Shown one piece after another: positions 28,973-39,335 of a DNA stretch of 64,000 nucleotides. The DNA is taken from NCBI GenBank assembly GCA_963846335.1, contig CAWJVS010000016.1, positions 128,746 to 192,745 on the forward strand. The letters run 5' to 3'. Position numbers and translations under genes: made by a program. This DNA comes from an uncultured Bacteroidales bacterium. GTDB taxonomy: Bacteria; Bacteroidota; Bacteroidia; Bacteroidales; VadinHA17. How positions within the stretch are numbered: the stretch's first letter is position 1; every line of letters begins with the position of its first letter. The notes under the pieces are model-generated. The model ran no database searches and had not been told where the DNA came from. It worked only from the letters and a program-made list of their open reading frames with translations.

Positions 28973-29685
28973 TTAGTGAATGTATCTCCGCAGATCTTTC
29001 CTGACTTTTTTCCAGTCAGGAAATAGTTCTGACAAGCAGATTCGATAATATTCTTGCCCATGATTATGGTGCTTCAGGTGACACAACTCATGAATAATCA
29101 CATATTCAATATACATATCAGACAGCTTTATAAGCTCAGTGCTTAAGGGTTATTATTCCTTTACTTGAACAGCTTCCCCACCTGCTTTTCATTGAACGAA
29201 TAACCAGTCCTGTTGGCTTGAACATTTTATTCTCATGGGTTTTTAGCGCCTTGACTAATATTTCAGGAAACACCATGGAAGCTTCTGTTTTGTAACCCTT
29301 GTACAGAAGCCTCCTGATAGCGAGTGGATCATCAGGTTTATCCGCTCCAACCTCAATTGAATTATCGTTAAACCGGACATATGGTTTTTGGGATTGAAAA
29401 ATCACAAGAACACATTCTTTCCCCCGGAAAAGCTGTTTCTCTCCGTTAGATAAGCGAGCTGTTGAGCTTTTTGTTCCCTTCCTGCCTGTAACTGTCCCGG
29501 TGTTTTATGATCCACTCAGCCTTTTCCTGAACAATACTGCTGATAGTTTTTATGGAGGCACGGTATGGGGCTCTTACGATCACTGTTGAATCAGGAAGAA
29601 CACTTATCCCAAGTGTTCTGCGTCTTGAATGGACTATCCTGAATTCTATATTATGTAGCTGGTAGGTTTGAGGCTCTTTATACAT
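28973..29685 (-). pseudogene. YgjP/DUF45 (SprT-like, HExxH) metal-dependent hydrolase, two frameshifts as assembled
   Basis: ORFs 29446..29685 and 29136..29405 are followed by an untracked C-terminal frame ...YIEYVIIHELCHLKHHNHGQEYYRICLSELFPDWKKVRKDLRRYIH* that ends at 28973. Confidence 0.75.
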
Positions 29686-29703
29686 TAATTATTTATCAAA
29701 CAA

Positions 29704-32190
29704 TTAATTTACTCCTGAGAATGAATGAAAGGTGTAATTTTTTGATTCAAGGTAATTCAAAACGGAATCAAGTTTAAGATAGAACTTATCTGTTCTTCTC
29801 GGGTCAGTTCCCGGATGAATAAGCAATATATAACCATTCATTCCATTGCCTTTCTCATATGATAAAAAGTCTTTCATAAGTGAGTCGCTTGAAAAGTATG
29901 GTTTTCCCTTATCCGGGAATGTCCAGTCCTGATTTGTTATAGTACCTGATGAGTTATTGACCAGTTTGAGTCCTGCCTGCCTTGTCCAGGATGCAATGCT
30001 GTCATTGTACCATTCATAGGGAGGTAAGTAGATCAGGGCTTTATTTTTTTTAATTCCCAGTCTGTCAAGTTCTTTGTAATTATTCTCAATATCAGAAAGG
30101 AATTCCTTTTTTGAGACAAGCAGGGAATCTCTGTTTTCCCACGAACAGTAGAGAAGGTGTTTATCCGAATGAGCTCCGATATAATGTCCATCAGCTTTCA
30201 GCCTTTCAACTATTTTTCTATTGGAGGGAGTTCTTAAGAAGTCGCCGGTAAGGAAGAATGAAGCTTTTATTTTATGTTCATTCAAAGTGTTTGCAATATA
30301 ATCAAAACCATCTGTAAATTCATGGGCAGTAAAACAGAGGTAGATATCTTTGGATGTTGTATCCATTCTGACAATTGCTCCATTGAGCATCATAAGATTG
30401 GGATTGCTGTAAATATTCTTCGATCTGTTCTGAAGTGCTGAAAGATAATATACCAGGCATGCAGTGCCGTCCATAGTACATTCATTGCTGGTATAATCGG
30501 TAATATCATCATGATAAGTTGCCATATCCGGCTGGACATCGGCATAAATATCCTTATTGGTCATGGTGATGTATTTACTATGGGACCGGAAGATGGAGGA
30601 GTAGACGGGTCCGTCAACCAATCCTCCGTTTACCTGCCCACCCACTGCAACGTAGGATGAATGGGTATACTTTGGGTAATCTCCGTTTTCCGGTATCCCG
30701 ACAATCATGCTCGTACCCCATGGATTGCATCCGAAAAGCCAGTCCCTGTGAGCAGCCTCCATTTCGGCATAGGAATTGTCTCCGGTAATCTCTGAATATA
30801 GATGTGCCTGTGTGAGAATGGCAGCAACAAGATTATTTGAACACCAGATGAAAGGAACTCCTATCAGGAAAGGATTCTTTTCTGCCTTCCTGAATGTCAG
30901 CTCCAGTCCTTTCTTCATATATCCGGCAAATTCACCGGTATTTTCCGTTATCTGGTTTCTGGCCACTGCCGGATGACCCATATTAACAAAAGGGTACCAC
31001 TGGTAATGCCGGGCTGTATCTTTCCCCATCCATGGAGTTGTAATCTCCTGTCGTCCGAATTCAGTTGCATAATTAAGGTATTTTGACTCACCTGTCAGGT
31101 TATACAGTTCTATTGCAGCAAGTTCCATGTCATCCACCCAGTTATCTTCCTCATAGAAATAGGGGGCAGTGCCAGGCGCTGTCTGGCAGGCGCCCGGATA
31201 CTTCAGCCCGTAATTAAAAGCATCCACTGCTTTGGCTGCCAGTTGTCCGGAGAATTCAGGATCTATGTTTTTGTAGACTTCAGCTCCAAGTGAAAATGCA
31301 GAAGAAAATTTGCCTGCGGTGGAGGCAATTCCTGTTGCCCTGTTTTTATGTTCAAAGAGCCCCTGCTGTTTACCTGTGCATAAATAGACCGGTCTCTCTT
31401 TTCCTTTTCCGTAGTTTGCCGAATCATGGTTTGGAAATCTGAATCCGACATGATCCCTGTCATCCGCAATCTGGTTGTACATTCTTTCGGGCTCAGGATT
31501 CATTCTCAGAAGCCAGTCCAGGCCCCATTTGCTTTCGTTCAGAACGTCAGGCAATCCATCTGATCCGGGAAGACCATTTGCGAGATATTCATCACCGAAT
31601 GAGTGCGGATTCTCTGACCAGGCAAAAAGCATCTGATATGTGGCATTGGCAGATGTTGCAACATACTGGAGGTAATCCGCAGCATCATGCCATCCTCCAG
31701 TTGCGTCAATATGTGCTGAATCGTTATCTCTGCCGTATATCTCATAGCCATCAGCCATATGGCAGGAATCCTTAAGGTAGGGGTTAAACCCGCATCTCTG
31801 CTGTCTCATATAGTTGAGAAGAAAATCGGCAGTTTTATCATAGACATCATCCCCAATACGAAAATCGGGTGATACTGCCCGGCCTGCAACTATTCTGTAG
31901 GTTCCGGCATTGGCATACCTGGTGAACGGAAGACGATAGCATGCAATAAATGGTTCCATGGGATCACTCTTCACAGGATTATCAAATGTCATAACGGTTT
32001 TGCCGGAGCTGGCATCAACCAGAGCGAATGATTTAAGATCCAGCTTTTTCTTGCTTAGAAAAACTGCTACCTTGATATCATTTTGCCTGTAGCCGAGCTG
32101 GTTAATCCTTATCCATTCATTTTTTTTAGTATTGCAGGATGTTGTCAGGAATAAAGTGGCGGCAATGAATATTAATAGAAGATTCTTCAT
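29704..32190 (-). CDS. Lipoprotein fusing a GH9 glycosidase (with CelD_N Ig-like domain) to a C-terminal polysaccharide deacetylase (CE4-like) domain
   Basis: GH9 motifs DATGGWHDAADYLQY and ...GYVAVGGQVNGGLVDGP. The C-terminal 230 aa carry deacetylase-like FTAHEFTDGFDYI, GAHSDKHLLY and LLIHPG. The start is placed at MKNLLLIFIAATLFLTTSC (32190), because the track start 32409 overlaps the upstream gene. Confidence 0.75.
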   Translation of the reverse strand: MKNLLLIFIAATLFLTTSCNTKKNEWIRINQLGYRQNDIKVAVFLSKKKLDLKSFALVDASSGKTVMTFDNPVKSDPMEPFIACYRLPFTRYANAGTYRIVAGRAVSPDFRIGDDVYDKTADFLLNYMRQQRCGFNPYLKDSCHMADGYEIYGRDNDSAHIDATGGWHDAADYLQYVATSANATYQMLFAWSENPHSFGDEYLANGLPGSDGLPDVLNESKWGLDWLLRMNPEPERMYNQIADDRDHVGFRFPNHDSANYGKGKERPVYLCTGKQQGLFEHKNRATGIASTAGKFSSAFSLGAEVYKNIDPEFSGQLAAKAVDAFNYGLKYPGACQTAPGTAPYFYEEDNWVDDMELAAIELYNLTGESKYLNYATEFGRQEITTPWMGKDTARHYQWYPFVNMGHPAVARNQITENTGEFAGYMKKGLELTFRKAEKNPFLIGVPFIWCSNNLVAAILTQAHLYSEITGDNSYAEMEAAHRDWLFGCNPWGTSMIVGIPENGDYPKYTHSSYVAVGGQVNGGLVDGPVYSSIFRSHSKYITMTNKDIYADVQPDMATYHDDITDYTSNECTMDGTACLVYYLSALQNRSKNIYSNPNLMMLNGAIVRMDTTSKDIYLCFTAHEFTDGFDYIANTLNEHKIKASFFLTGDFLRTPSNRKIVERLKADGHYIGAHSDKHLLYCSWENRDSLLVSKKEFLSDIENNYKELDRLGIKKNKALIYLPPYEWYNDSIASWTRQAGLKLVNNSSGTITNQDWTFPDKGKPYFSSDSLMKDFLSYEKGNGMNGYILLIHPGTDPRRTDKFYLKLDSVLNYLESKNYTFHSFSGVN

Positions 32191-32252
32191 CTTTTTCCGG
32201 GTTAATGTTAGTATGCAATTTAGCGATTTTGCGGAATTATTTGGAGGATATA

Positions 32253-33434
32253 TCATTCCCTTCTCAGGGAGATGACTGTGATTACTGGCGGCATCCATAT
32301 TCTGAAAGGAATGGCCAGTACTCCAAGCCCTGTATTTACATACTGAGCCTGATTTCCTTCGATATACAGACCACCCCAGTGAGGATAGAAATATTTTGCA
32401 GGACTCCATTTGAAATTCCTTGTATAAATACCCATCTGCATACCATGAGTGTGGCCTGAAAGGGTAATATTGATGTCAGTCTTGGAAGCAACCTCCAGTT
32501 CCCATTGATTGGGATCATGGCTTAACAGGATCTTGAGATCTACGCTGTCCAGTTCTGACATTGCCTTCTTAAGATCACCATGTACCATATCGGGATGCCT
32601 TCCTTTTGTGATTATTCCAATCAATCCTATTTTTGCTCCTTTAATTCTGACCACATTATTTGTATCGTTCAGGATTGTATAACCTGAAGATTTGATCAGG
32701 TTATTAATTATCAGTACATTGTTATATCTGTCTGCCTCTGTGAAAAAAGGATGGTAAGTTCCGAAATCATGGTTCCCCATTACTGCATAATTGCCATAAA
32801 GGCTCACTGCCCCGGAAAGGATCGTATCATTGGCATCAAATTCCCTCCATCCATAGCTTATGAAATCTCCGGTATTGAGAATCAGGTCCGGCTTTATAAG
32901 ATTTACCTCATTTATTATTTCCTGGAGCAACATGCCTCTATTGTAAAAAGAGGAGAGATGCAAATCCGAAAGCTGAACTATCTTTAGTCCTTCCAGATCT
33001 TTATTCAGATCTTTGATTCTTATTTCAACATTCTCAGTTCTGAAATTATATCTGCCATAAAAAGTTCCGAGGGCAATAACTAAAAAAAACAATGTTGCAA
33101 TTGTAAGTCCCGTATTTGTTAACCATCTGATATGTCCGCCTCTTTTGATCCTGATAAGTTTTCCGGTGAAGTGGAACAAGATTAATATTATCCGTGGCAC
33201 GATTACGGCACAAATTGCACCTGTCAGGCTCAAAAGCAGCGAAATATGTTCCGGGTTATCAAAAAATCCTTTATAGGTCGTTGTTTCAAAGAGAAGCAGC
33301 CAGAGCCAGATGCTCAGGATGAAACTGATGATTGCACCTGAGATAAAGAGCGCTTTTGATCCGCTTCTTAGCCTGTCTCTCAATACGATAAAAGTCAGAA
33401 CTTCAATTATAATAAGAAAAAGGAATAATGGCAT
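32253..33434 (-). CDS. Membrane-anchored metallophosphoesterase (calcineurin-like)
   Basis: About five N-terminal TM helices, then QLSDLHL, NTGDFISYG, VMGNHDFG and LSGHTHGMQ motifs. Confidence 0.8.
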   Translation of the reverse strand: MPLFLFLIIIEVLTFIVLRDRLRSGSKALFISGAIISFILSIWLWLLLFETTTYKGFFDNPEHISLLLSLTGAICAVIVPRIILILFHFTGKLIRIKRGGHIRWLTNTGLTIATLFFLVIALGTFYGRYNFRTENVEIRIKDLNKDLEGLKIVQLSDLHLSSFYNRGMLLQEIINEVNLIKPDLILNTGDFISYGWREFDANDTILSGAVSLYGNYAVMGNHDFGTYHPFFTEADRYNNVLIINNLIKSSGYTILNDTNNVVRIKGAKIGLIGIITKGRHPDMVHGDLKKAMSELDSVDLKILLSHDPNQWELEVASKTDINITLSGHTHGMQMGIYTRNFKWSPAKYFYPHWGGLYIEGNQAQYVNTGLGVLAIPFRIWMPPVITVISLRRE

Positions 33435-33518
33435 CTTAAAATATTTAGTCTGTAAAATTACTTAAATATTAGTTATTGTTATTATAGTTAAATTCGTGCA
33501 GTATTCAGACCTGTGTCC

Positions 33519-33983
33519 ATGACTGAAGTGAAGTTCTATGACCCTGAATTTGAGCCTGAAAGAGCGCTTACCTATTCCGTGATTACTGCAAAATACGGGA
33601 ACAGCTGGATTTTTGTCCGGCATCAGAATCGTTCAACGTGGGAAATTGCAGCCGGACACATAGAGACTGGGGAAACAGCAGATGAGGCAGCCGGCAGGGA
33701 ACTGATGGAGGAGACCGGAGCATTAACCTTCAATCTGGCCTGTGTTGCAACCTATTCGGTAATAAAGGATGGTATGACCGGTTACGGAAGACTGTATCTT
33801 GCTGATGTTTTCGAGTTTGGACAGGTACCTGATCTCTCTGAAATTGCTGAAGTCATACTGCTTGACCATCTGCCGGGGAATCTTACCTATCCTGACATAC
33901 AACCATATCTCTTCAGCAAAACACTGGAATATCTTGAAAGGAGAGATTCCGGGAATGGCACTAGAAGTAGAATCCAAGCGTAA
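33519..33983 (+). CDS. NUDIX hydrolase
   Basis: Nudix box GHIETGETADEAAGRELMEETG. ATG at 33519 is preferred over the GTG at 33513. Confidence 0.8.
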   Translation: MTEVKFYDPEFEPERALTYSVITAKYGNSWIFVRHQNRSTWEIAAGHIETGETADEAAGRELMEETGALTFNLACVATYSVIKDGMTGYGRLYLADVFEFGQVPDLSEIAEVILLDHLPGNLTYPDIQPYLFSKTLEYLERRDSGNGTRSRIQA

Positions 33984-36145
33984 GATAAGTAGTCAGCTTA
34001 TTGTTTAGATTGGAAGTGCTCAGGATAAGCTCCACTGGTCCCGCGACACTGTTATATGCGAAGGAGATGCCTCCCCCGAGCATGAAATTTCCGCCAGTCT
34101 GAGATGAGTTCCGGTCATTGTACACCCCGAAATTGGAAATGAAATGTTGAATAGAATTTTTCCCACATCTTAATGCGGAGGTCGAGGCATGCGTATGCTA
34201 TATTGTCGGCACTTATTTCCATCCGGTTAAGTCCTGCAAACGGAAGATAATTCCCGAAATAATTAGTTTTCTGGAATCCTCCGATATACGACCTGTAAAA
34301 GACAGGAGCCACGGATGCAAGCGTAATCTGTGAGTTGAAGGAAGGCAGAAGGACAACCCTGTCGGAGAGCTCTGCCGCAAATTTTAGATTCAATCCAAGC
34401 ATGGCAAATGGTGAGTGCCCATTATAAGTCCATCCATTGTCGGTAACAAGTTTAATGATCCCGTTCATCGTCCATCCGCTGCGGGGAAAATATGGATTAT
34501 CGAATTGGTCCAGCGTCCCTTTTAAAAAGTAATTAATAAAAAAGTCATCCTTTATTTTGGAGCTGTCTACTGACCCTATAACGGAACCAAAATGAAAATA
34601 CTCTGCCGAACTTCCGAGTGAGATCCTGAGAATATCAGAAACCACCAGTTGCGTTCCGGCCTGTATGCTGGTCAGCTGAACATTCACCTCTGAAACCTTC
34701 TGCCCATCCTGATATCCCCTGAGTTCGTCAGCAATGAAAGAAGCAGCAGTAACAAATCCGGGTTTGGAGCCTCTGTCGAGTGAATACCTTGCTGAAAATA
34801 CCGGCGATGTCGACATTTTAGCATCGAGAGATAAGTTGGATCCGCTTACGCGGTCGCTGTAGAATGTCATATTTATCAGGGCCGCTGCATTCAGATCCGT
34901 ATTGTAATTTACTCCTACATTTAACCGGTTTGTGGAGCTTTCTTTTACCATAATTGTTACCACCTTCTTTTCAGCTCCGGATATTTTGTAATCAACATTC
35001 TGGTAATTTCCTGTTGCATAAATTCTTGCAACCCCTTCTCTTATTTCATGAAGGGTTGTTCTTTTATCCTTCCCAATACCGATCTTCCCGAGTATTGATT
35101 CAATATTGGTTTTGTCGGTCCCCTCAACATCAATCCGCTGCACAAATACAGGAGAGTATATATCAGGCAGTTTATGGGGATTTTTTCTTACCGGGTCCAG
35201 TCCGAGAGAGTCTCTCATCCTCATCAGTTCAGGAAGTACTTTGCGTGCAGCATCTTCTCCGCGCTGCATCAGCACTTTTGCAGCTGCGGTATTAAAACTA
35301 GATGCTGAGTAGCCTGAAATATCTGGTTTTATAAGTATATCAACATCTTCCCGGTTCTTTTTACTTCTTTCGAAGCTCAGTAATAATGTCAGCTGGGAAA
35401 TCATTTCAGGAATCGACTGGATTTTTCCTTTGTCCATTAATTCCTCGCCTATATCTATTCCGATAATTATATCGGCTCCCATTTCACGACAGCGGTCCAC
35501 CGGAAAGTTATTGATTATACCTCCGTCTACCAGCATCCGGTTATCGATCTCGCATGGGGCAAAAACTGCGGGTACAGACATGCTGGCCCTCATAGCCCCT
35601 GGAAGAAAGCCTGTGTCAAGCACTACCTCTTCACCGGTGGCAATGTCTGCCGCTATGCATTTGAAGGGGATAGGGAGATGGGAAAAGTCATTTACATCAT
35701 GGTAACCGAACGACAGATACGAGAAGAGGTCCATCGCTTTCTGGCCGTTAAGGACTCCCTCGGGGATAGAAATTTTCTTGGCTTTGATAGGAAGAGAAAG
35801 GAGATATCTCGATTGTTCCTCCTTGGTGATTGCAGGTATGAATGTTCTTCTTGATTCATTGCTCAGCAGCGCTTCCCAGTTCAGGTCTCCAATTACCCTT
35901 TGCAGTGTTTCAGCATCATATCCTATCGCATAAAATCCACCAACTATACTCCCGATACTGGTCCCTGTAATAAAATCTACCGGTATGCCAGCCTCTTCAA
36001 TGACTTTCAGTGCTCCCACATGGGCAAAACCTTTGGCGCCTCCGCCTGAGAGTACCAGTCCGATCTTCGGACGGTAAATAGTATCCTGGGTATAAGCCTG
36101 AAATGAAAGCGATGCAAATATTACTGCAAGGGATAGAATCTTCAC
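33961..36145 (-). pseudogene. Patatin-like phospholipase fused to an Omp85/surface-antigen beta-barrel, one frameshift near 34110-34120 as assembled
   Basis: GGGAKGFAHVGALKVIEEAG and GTSIGS patatin motifs. After the stop at 34115 another frame continues ...GGNFMLGGGISFAYNSVAGPVELILSTSNLNNKLTTYLTLGFYF*, a typical barrel C-terminus ending at 33961. This overlaps the NUDIX 3-prime end by 23 nt. Confidence 0.8.
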
Positions 36146-36240
36146 TAATTTTGGGTTACAGAATTGAAGCGGCTAAGATAACCAAACAATTTTAGTCTCT
36201 GTTTTGCTTCTGAAAAATGATTTATTAACAAGCATCAGGG

Positions 36241-37425
36241 TTAGATATATTCAAACGTGACTTTCTTGAGCCATTTTTCTTCAAGCAGCCTGGCAATTCT
36301 CTTCACGACTGTTCTTCTTATTTCAAGATCGACCGGCAGGTTAGGATCCTGGTGAGCAATATTAATCCTGGTCCCGATAACGAAGTGGATCTCATCACTT
36401 TCCATAATAAGCCTGACAATTTTGTCGGCAGGTCCTTTCCCGAGTCTTACACTGTTGTTGTATCTTTTCAGCAATTCATTGACCTTCTGAAGAGTAAGAA
36501 TTCCTTCAGTGACCAGATCAATGCCTTCGAGAAAGCTTTCAGGCGGAAGCTCGGGATCTTCGAATATAAGTTCATCCACGATAGTTTTGTCAAGTTCTCT
36601 GGCTACAATATCGGCAGTCGTTCCTCCGCAAAGGATCACCTTGCCCTTGTATCCCAGCACTTTTGAAGCAAGGTCTTTATCCTTATCTTTTTCATACGGG
36701 GGACCTGTGCAGATCAGTAGTTTACGGGGCTCCCTGAAATAAATTATCGCACAACTGATATCATCCCTGGCTTTGTAGCTGTCGTTTTTATGAGCCATGG
36801 TCACGATCTTCCCGGCCAGCATGGTTGCTGAAATAGAAGCCTCGCTGGTCACCAGTGAAGCTGCATATGTTGCTATATTGTCTCTTTCCCATCCGAACGG
36901 GAAGGCTTCACTTCCCATACCGCTTTGCGATACACCATCAGAGCAGAAGATGATACGGTCCTCTTTTTCAGGAAAGAAGGTGCAGGTTTTGAGGACTTTG
37001 CCCGAGTTTTTACCCTTGTCAAGAACCACTTTTTTCCAGGAGGGATCGAAGACAAGATTCCCCCTTAATACAACGGTTGAGGGGTTATCATATTCAAGAA
37101 TGTTCACGCGTCCGCTGCTTTCTATATCAACAATGGTAAAAGTGGAGTAGCTTATCTTTCTCTCGCTGCAAACAGGCAGTGTATTCATGATTATCTCTGC
37201 AATCCGGTCGACCTCTTTATGCTCCCGGGTGAAATTAATTGCCATAGTTGCAGTAAGAGTAGCCAGAATATTGGCTTTTACACCATGACCCATACCGTCC
37301 GACAGAACTGCAATTACCCTGTTTTCTTCCTTGATGGAACGATAAAGGAATACATCGCCGCATATCCGTTCACCATCATGATTCCTCTGCTGGCTGTTAA
37401 CTTCTATGAAAAAATTCCTGTTCAC
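36241..37425 (-). CDS. PP2C/SpoIIE-type protein phosphatase with an unrecognised C-terminal domain of about 190 aa
   Basis: ICGDVFLY, VLSDGMGHGVKANILA and FCSDGVSQSG motifs in residues 1-200. The rest (VILCGGTTADIVARELDK...FVIGTRINIAHQD...) matches nothing I recognise. It starts 3 nt after the sensory hydrogenase stop. Confidence 0.8.
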   Translation of the reverse strand: MNRNFFIEVNSQQRNHDGERICGDVFLYRSIKEENRVIAVLSDGMGHGVKANILATLTATMAINFTREHKEVDRIAEIIMNTLPVCSERKISYSTFTIVDIESSGRVNILEYDNPSTVVLRGNLVFDPSWKKVVLDKGKNSGKVLKTCTFFPEKEDRIIFCSDGVSQSGMGSEAFPFGWERDNIATYAASLVTSEASISATMLAGKIVTMAHKNDSYKARDDISCAIIYFREPRKLLICTGPPYEKDKDKDLASKVLGYKGKVILCGGTTADIVARELDKTIVDELIFEDPELPPESFLEGIDLVTEGILTLQKVNELLKRYNNSVRLGKGPADKIVRLIMESDEIHFVIGTRINIAHQDPNLPVDLEIRRTVVKRIARLLEEKWLKKVTFEYI

Positions 37426-37427
37426 TT

Positions 37428-39332
37428 TTATTTCTTCAGGTTGTTTTTCAGGCTGACTTTTTTCGTTTTGTACGACTCGATTATAGAGTTGAGCATTTGT
37501 TCAGTTTCTGAGGCACCTTCACCGAGAAGAAATCCTATTTGCTGGACCATTTCAAGATTCTTGTCAATTACCTCACTTACCCTGTTGATCACCTCTTCGC
37601 CCTGAACTTCCGGTGAGTAGAGATCGCGGATAATTGCCCCGCACATCTTGTTCTTCTTGATAGGGAAGATAGATATATTCAACATCTTATCCTCAAAATG
37701 AACATCCTTGCTTACCACCGGCTCATCCTCCTTGATAACGAAAGTGAACATGTTATAGACATTGAAAGGTATAAGAGTTTTGATATCTGCTCCGGCCAGT
37801 CCGGGGATAACATCAGAAATGGCTTTCGCGTCTTCCCCGATGATGTTTATAAAGCTTTGATTGGAGTGAAGAATTTTAAGGTAGTTATCCACGATCACAA
37901 CTCCGGTAGGAAGCTTTTCGAGCATATTATTCATCATGTCGGATGTATTCTGGGCTATCTCTTTTTCCCTGCGTGCAAGTTCCTCTGATTCTTTAAGGGC
38001 TTTTTTTGTTTCTGCCAGCTTCCTGTTTGTCTGCCGCAGTGTTTCAATATACTCCTGTTTGTTCCTGAGGTTGAATGTATGGCACATCTCGGGTATGGCC
38101 AGGCCCTTTGCAACTGTTGATGCAAATTCGCGGCAGGAAAGGTAACCGCATGCTCCGCAGTTTATCTCTTCGTCCGGATTTTCTTTTCCCACAATCTTCA
38201 GCACTTCGTTTATTGCCTCGGGCGGAGGTTCAGGAATCCGCTGGTCGTTGGGGGAGAAGGTCCGGGTAAAATCAATTTTTGACCATCTCTCCATGTCCTT
38301 CTGCCATTGTGTTTTATCGAGCTGACCGACTCTTTTTTCGGCGTACTTTCTTACAAGGGCCCTTCTCCTGAATCTTTCATTGTGATGTTCCATCGCTGGT
38401 CCCAGAAGGCAGCCATGGCAGAAAAACAGGTTGAAATGATGCTTGATGGTGTCTATATACTTATCGAAATCATTAACAGCCTCCAGTATATCCTCCTTGC
38501 CTGAAGCAGTAATAACACTGCTCGAGACCATATCCCGTTTTATTCCCCCGGCCTGAATTATTCCTGCAGGCAGAGGATAGAGGGCTCCCCAGTTTCCGTG
38601 GGGAGGATCAAAATCAGACATCTTAACCAGTCGTTCCTGGATCTTCATTTCATCGAACAGCTGCCTTAATTCTATAAAAGTCAGCACCCCGTCGACAAGC
38701 TTTCCCGAATCATAAATCAGAGCTTCATCCTTTGCATCGAGGCATGGACCAATCTGTACGGTCGCTGCTTCGGAGCCATATAACTCTTTTACAACCAATG
38801 CAGTAGCTATCATGGGTGATATCAGTGGCGCCAGATTTGGTACAAGTTCAGGGTGGAATTTTTCTATCAATTTTACTATTGACGGACAATTGGCTGTAAT
38901 GAAGTACTTGCCTTCCGCCTTTGAAAACAGCCTTGCATATGCAGCAGCTACCAGGTCAACCCCAAATGATACTTCATGAACATAATCAAACCCGAGCGAA
39001 CGGATCATCGCTACAAATTTCCTGTAATCTGTAATGTCATCAAACTCTGAAGCTATACTGGGTTCAATCAGGGCGACAGTCTTTCTTCCCGATGAAAGCA
39101 GCTGTTTAACCTGTTCCCTTGAATCGCGGAACTCAATCGCTTTTGGGGTACACGATACAAAACATAATCCGCATCCGATGCATCTGTGAGGAAGGATGAA
39201 AGGATGCGCCTTGTGAGGTTTTACTTCAATTGCATTTACAGGGCAGACACGCACACAGGAATATGAATTCCTGCATTTGTCGTCATTGATATAAAGAACC
39301 GGTTTACTAGCTGTCATAATGATTGCTGTCAT
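37428..39332 (-). CDS. hydS: Sensory [FeFe]-hydrogenase paralogue (HydS-type, group C, phosphatase-linked): ferredoxin domain + H-cluster domain + Cx2Cx4Cx16C motif + PAS
   Basis: H-domain motifs are degenerate relative to TSCCPxW / MPCxxKxxE / MACxxGCxxG: ITANCPSIV, IGPCLDAKDEA, FFCHGCLLGP. The extra motif CGACGYLSCREFASTVAKGLAIPEMC follows. The C-terminal PAS reads LPTGVVIVDNYLKILHSNQSFINIIG.... Confidence 0.8.
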   Translation of the reverse strand: MTAIIMTASKPVLYINDDKCRNSYSCVRVCPVNAIEVKPHKAHPFILPHRCIGCGLCFVSCTPKAIEFRDSREQVKQLLSSGRKTVALIEPSIASEFDDITDYRKFVAMIRSLGFDYVHEVSFGVDLVAAAYARLFSKAEGKYFITANCPSIVKLIEKFHPELVPNLAPLISPMIATALVVKELYGSEAATVQIGPCLDAKDEALIYDSGKLVDGVLTFIELRQLFDEMKIQERLVKMSDFDPPHGNWGALYPLPAGIIQAGGIKRDMVSSSVITASGKEDILEAVNDFDKYIDTIKHHFNLFFCHGCLLGPAMEHHNERFRRRALVRKYAEKRVGQLDKTQWQKDMERWSKIDFTRTFSPNDQRIPEPPPEAINEVLKIVGKENPDEEINCGACGYLSCREFASTVAKGLAIPEMCHTFNLRNKQEYIETLRQTNRKLAETKKALKESEELARREKEIAQNTSDMMNNMLEKLPTGVVIVDNYLKILHSNQSFINIIGEDAKAISDVIPGLAGADIKTLIPFNVYNMFTFVIKEDEPVVSKDVHFEDKMLNISIFPIKKNKMCGAIIRDLYSPEVQGEEVINRVSEVIDKNLEMVQQIGFLLGEGASETEQMLNSIIESYKTKKVSLKNNLKK

Positions 39333-39335
39333 ATT

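Noticed and set aside
32191-32409. 73-aa N-terminal extension of the GH9-deacetylase ORF
   Set aside because: It would overlap the 3-prime end of the metallophosphoesterase gene by about 150 nt. The Met at 32190 starts a standard lipoprotein signal peptide.
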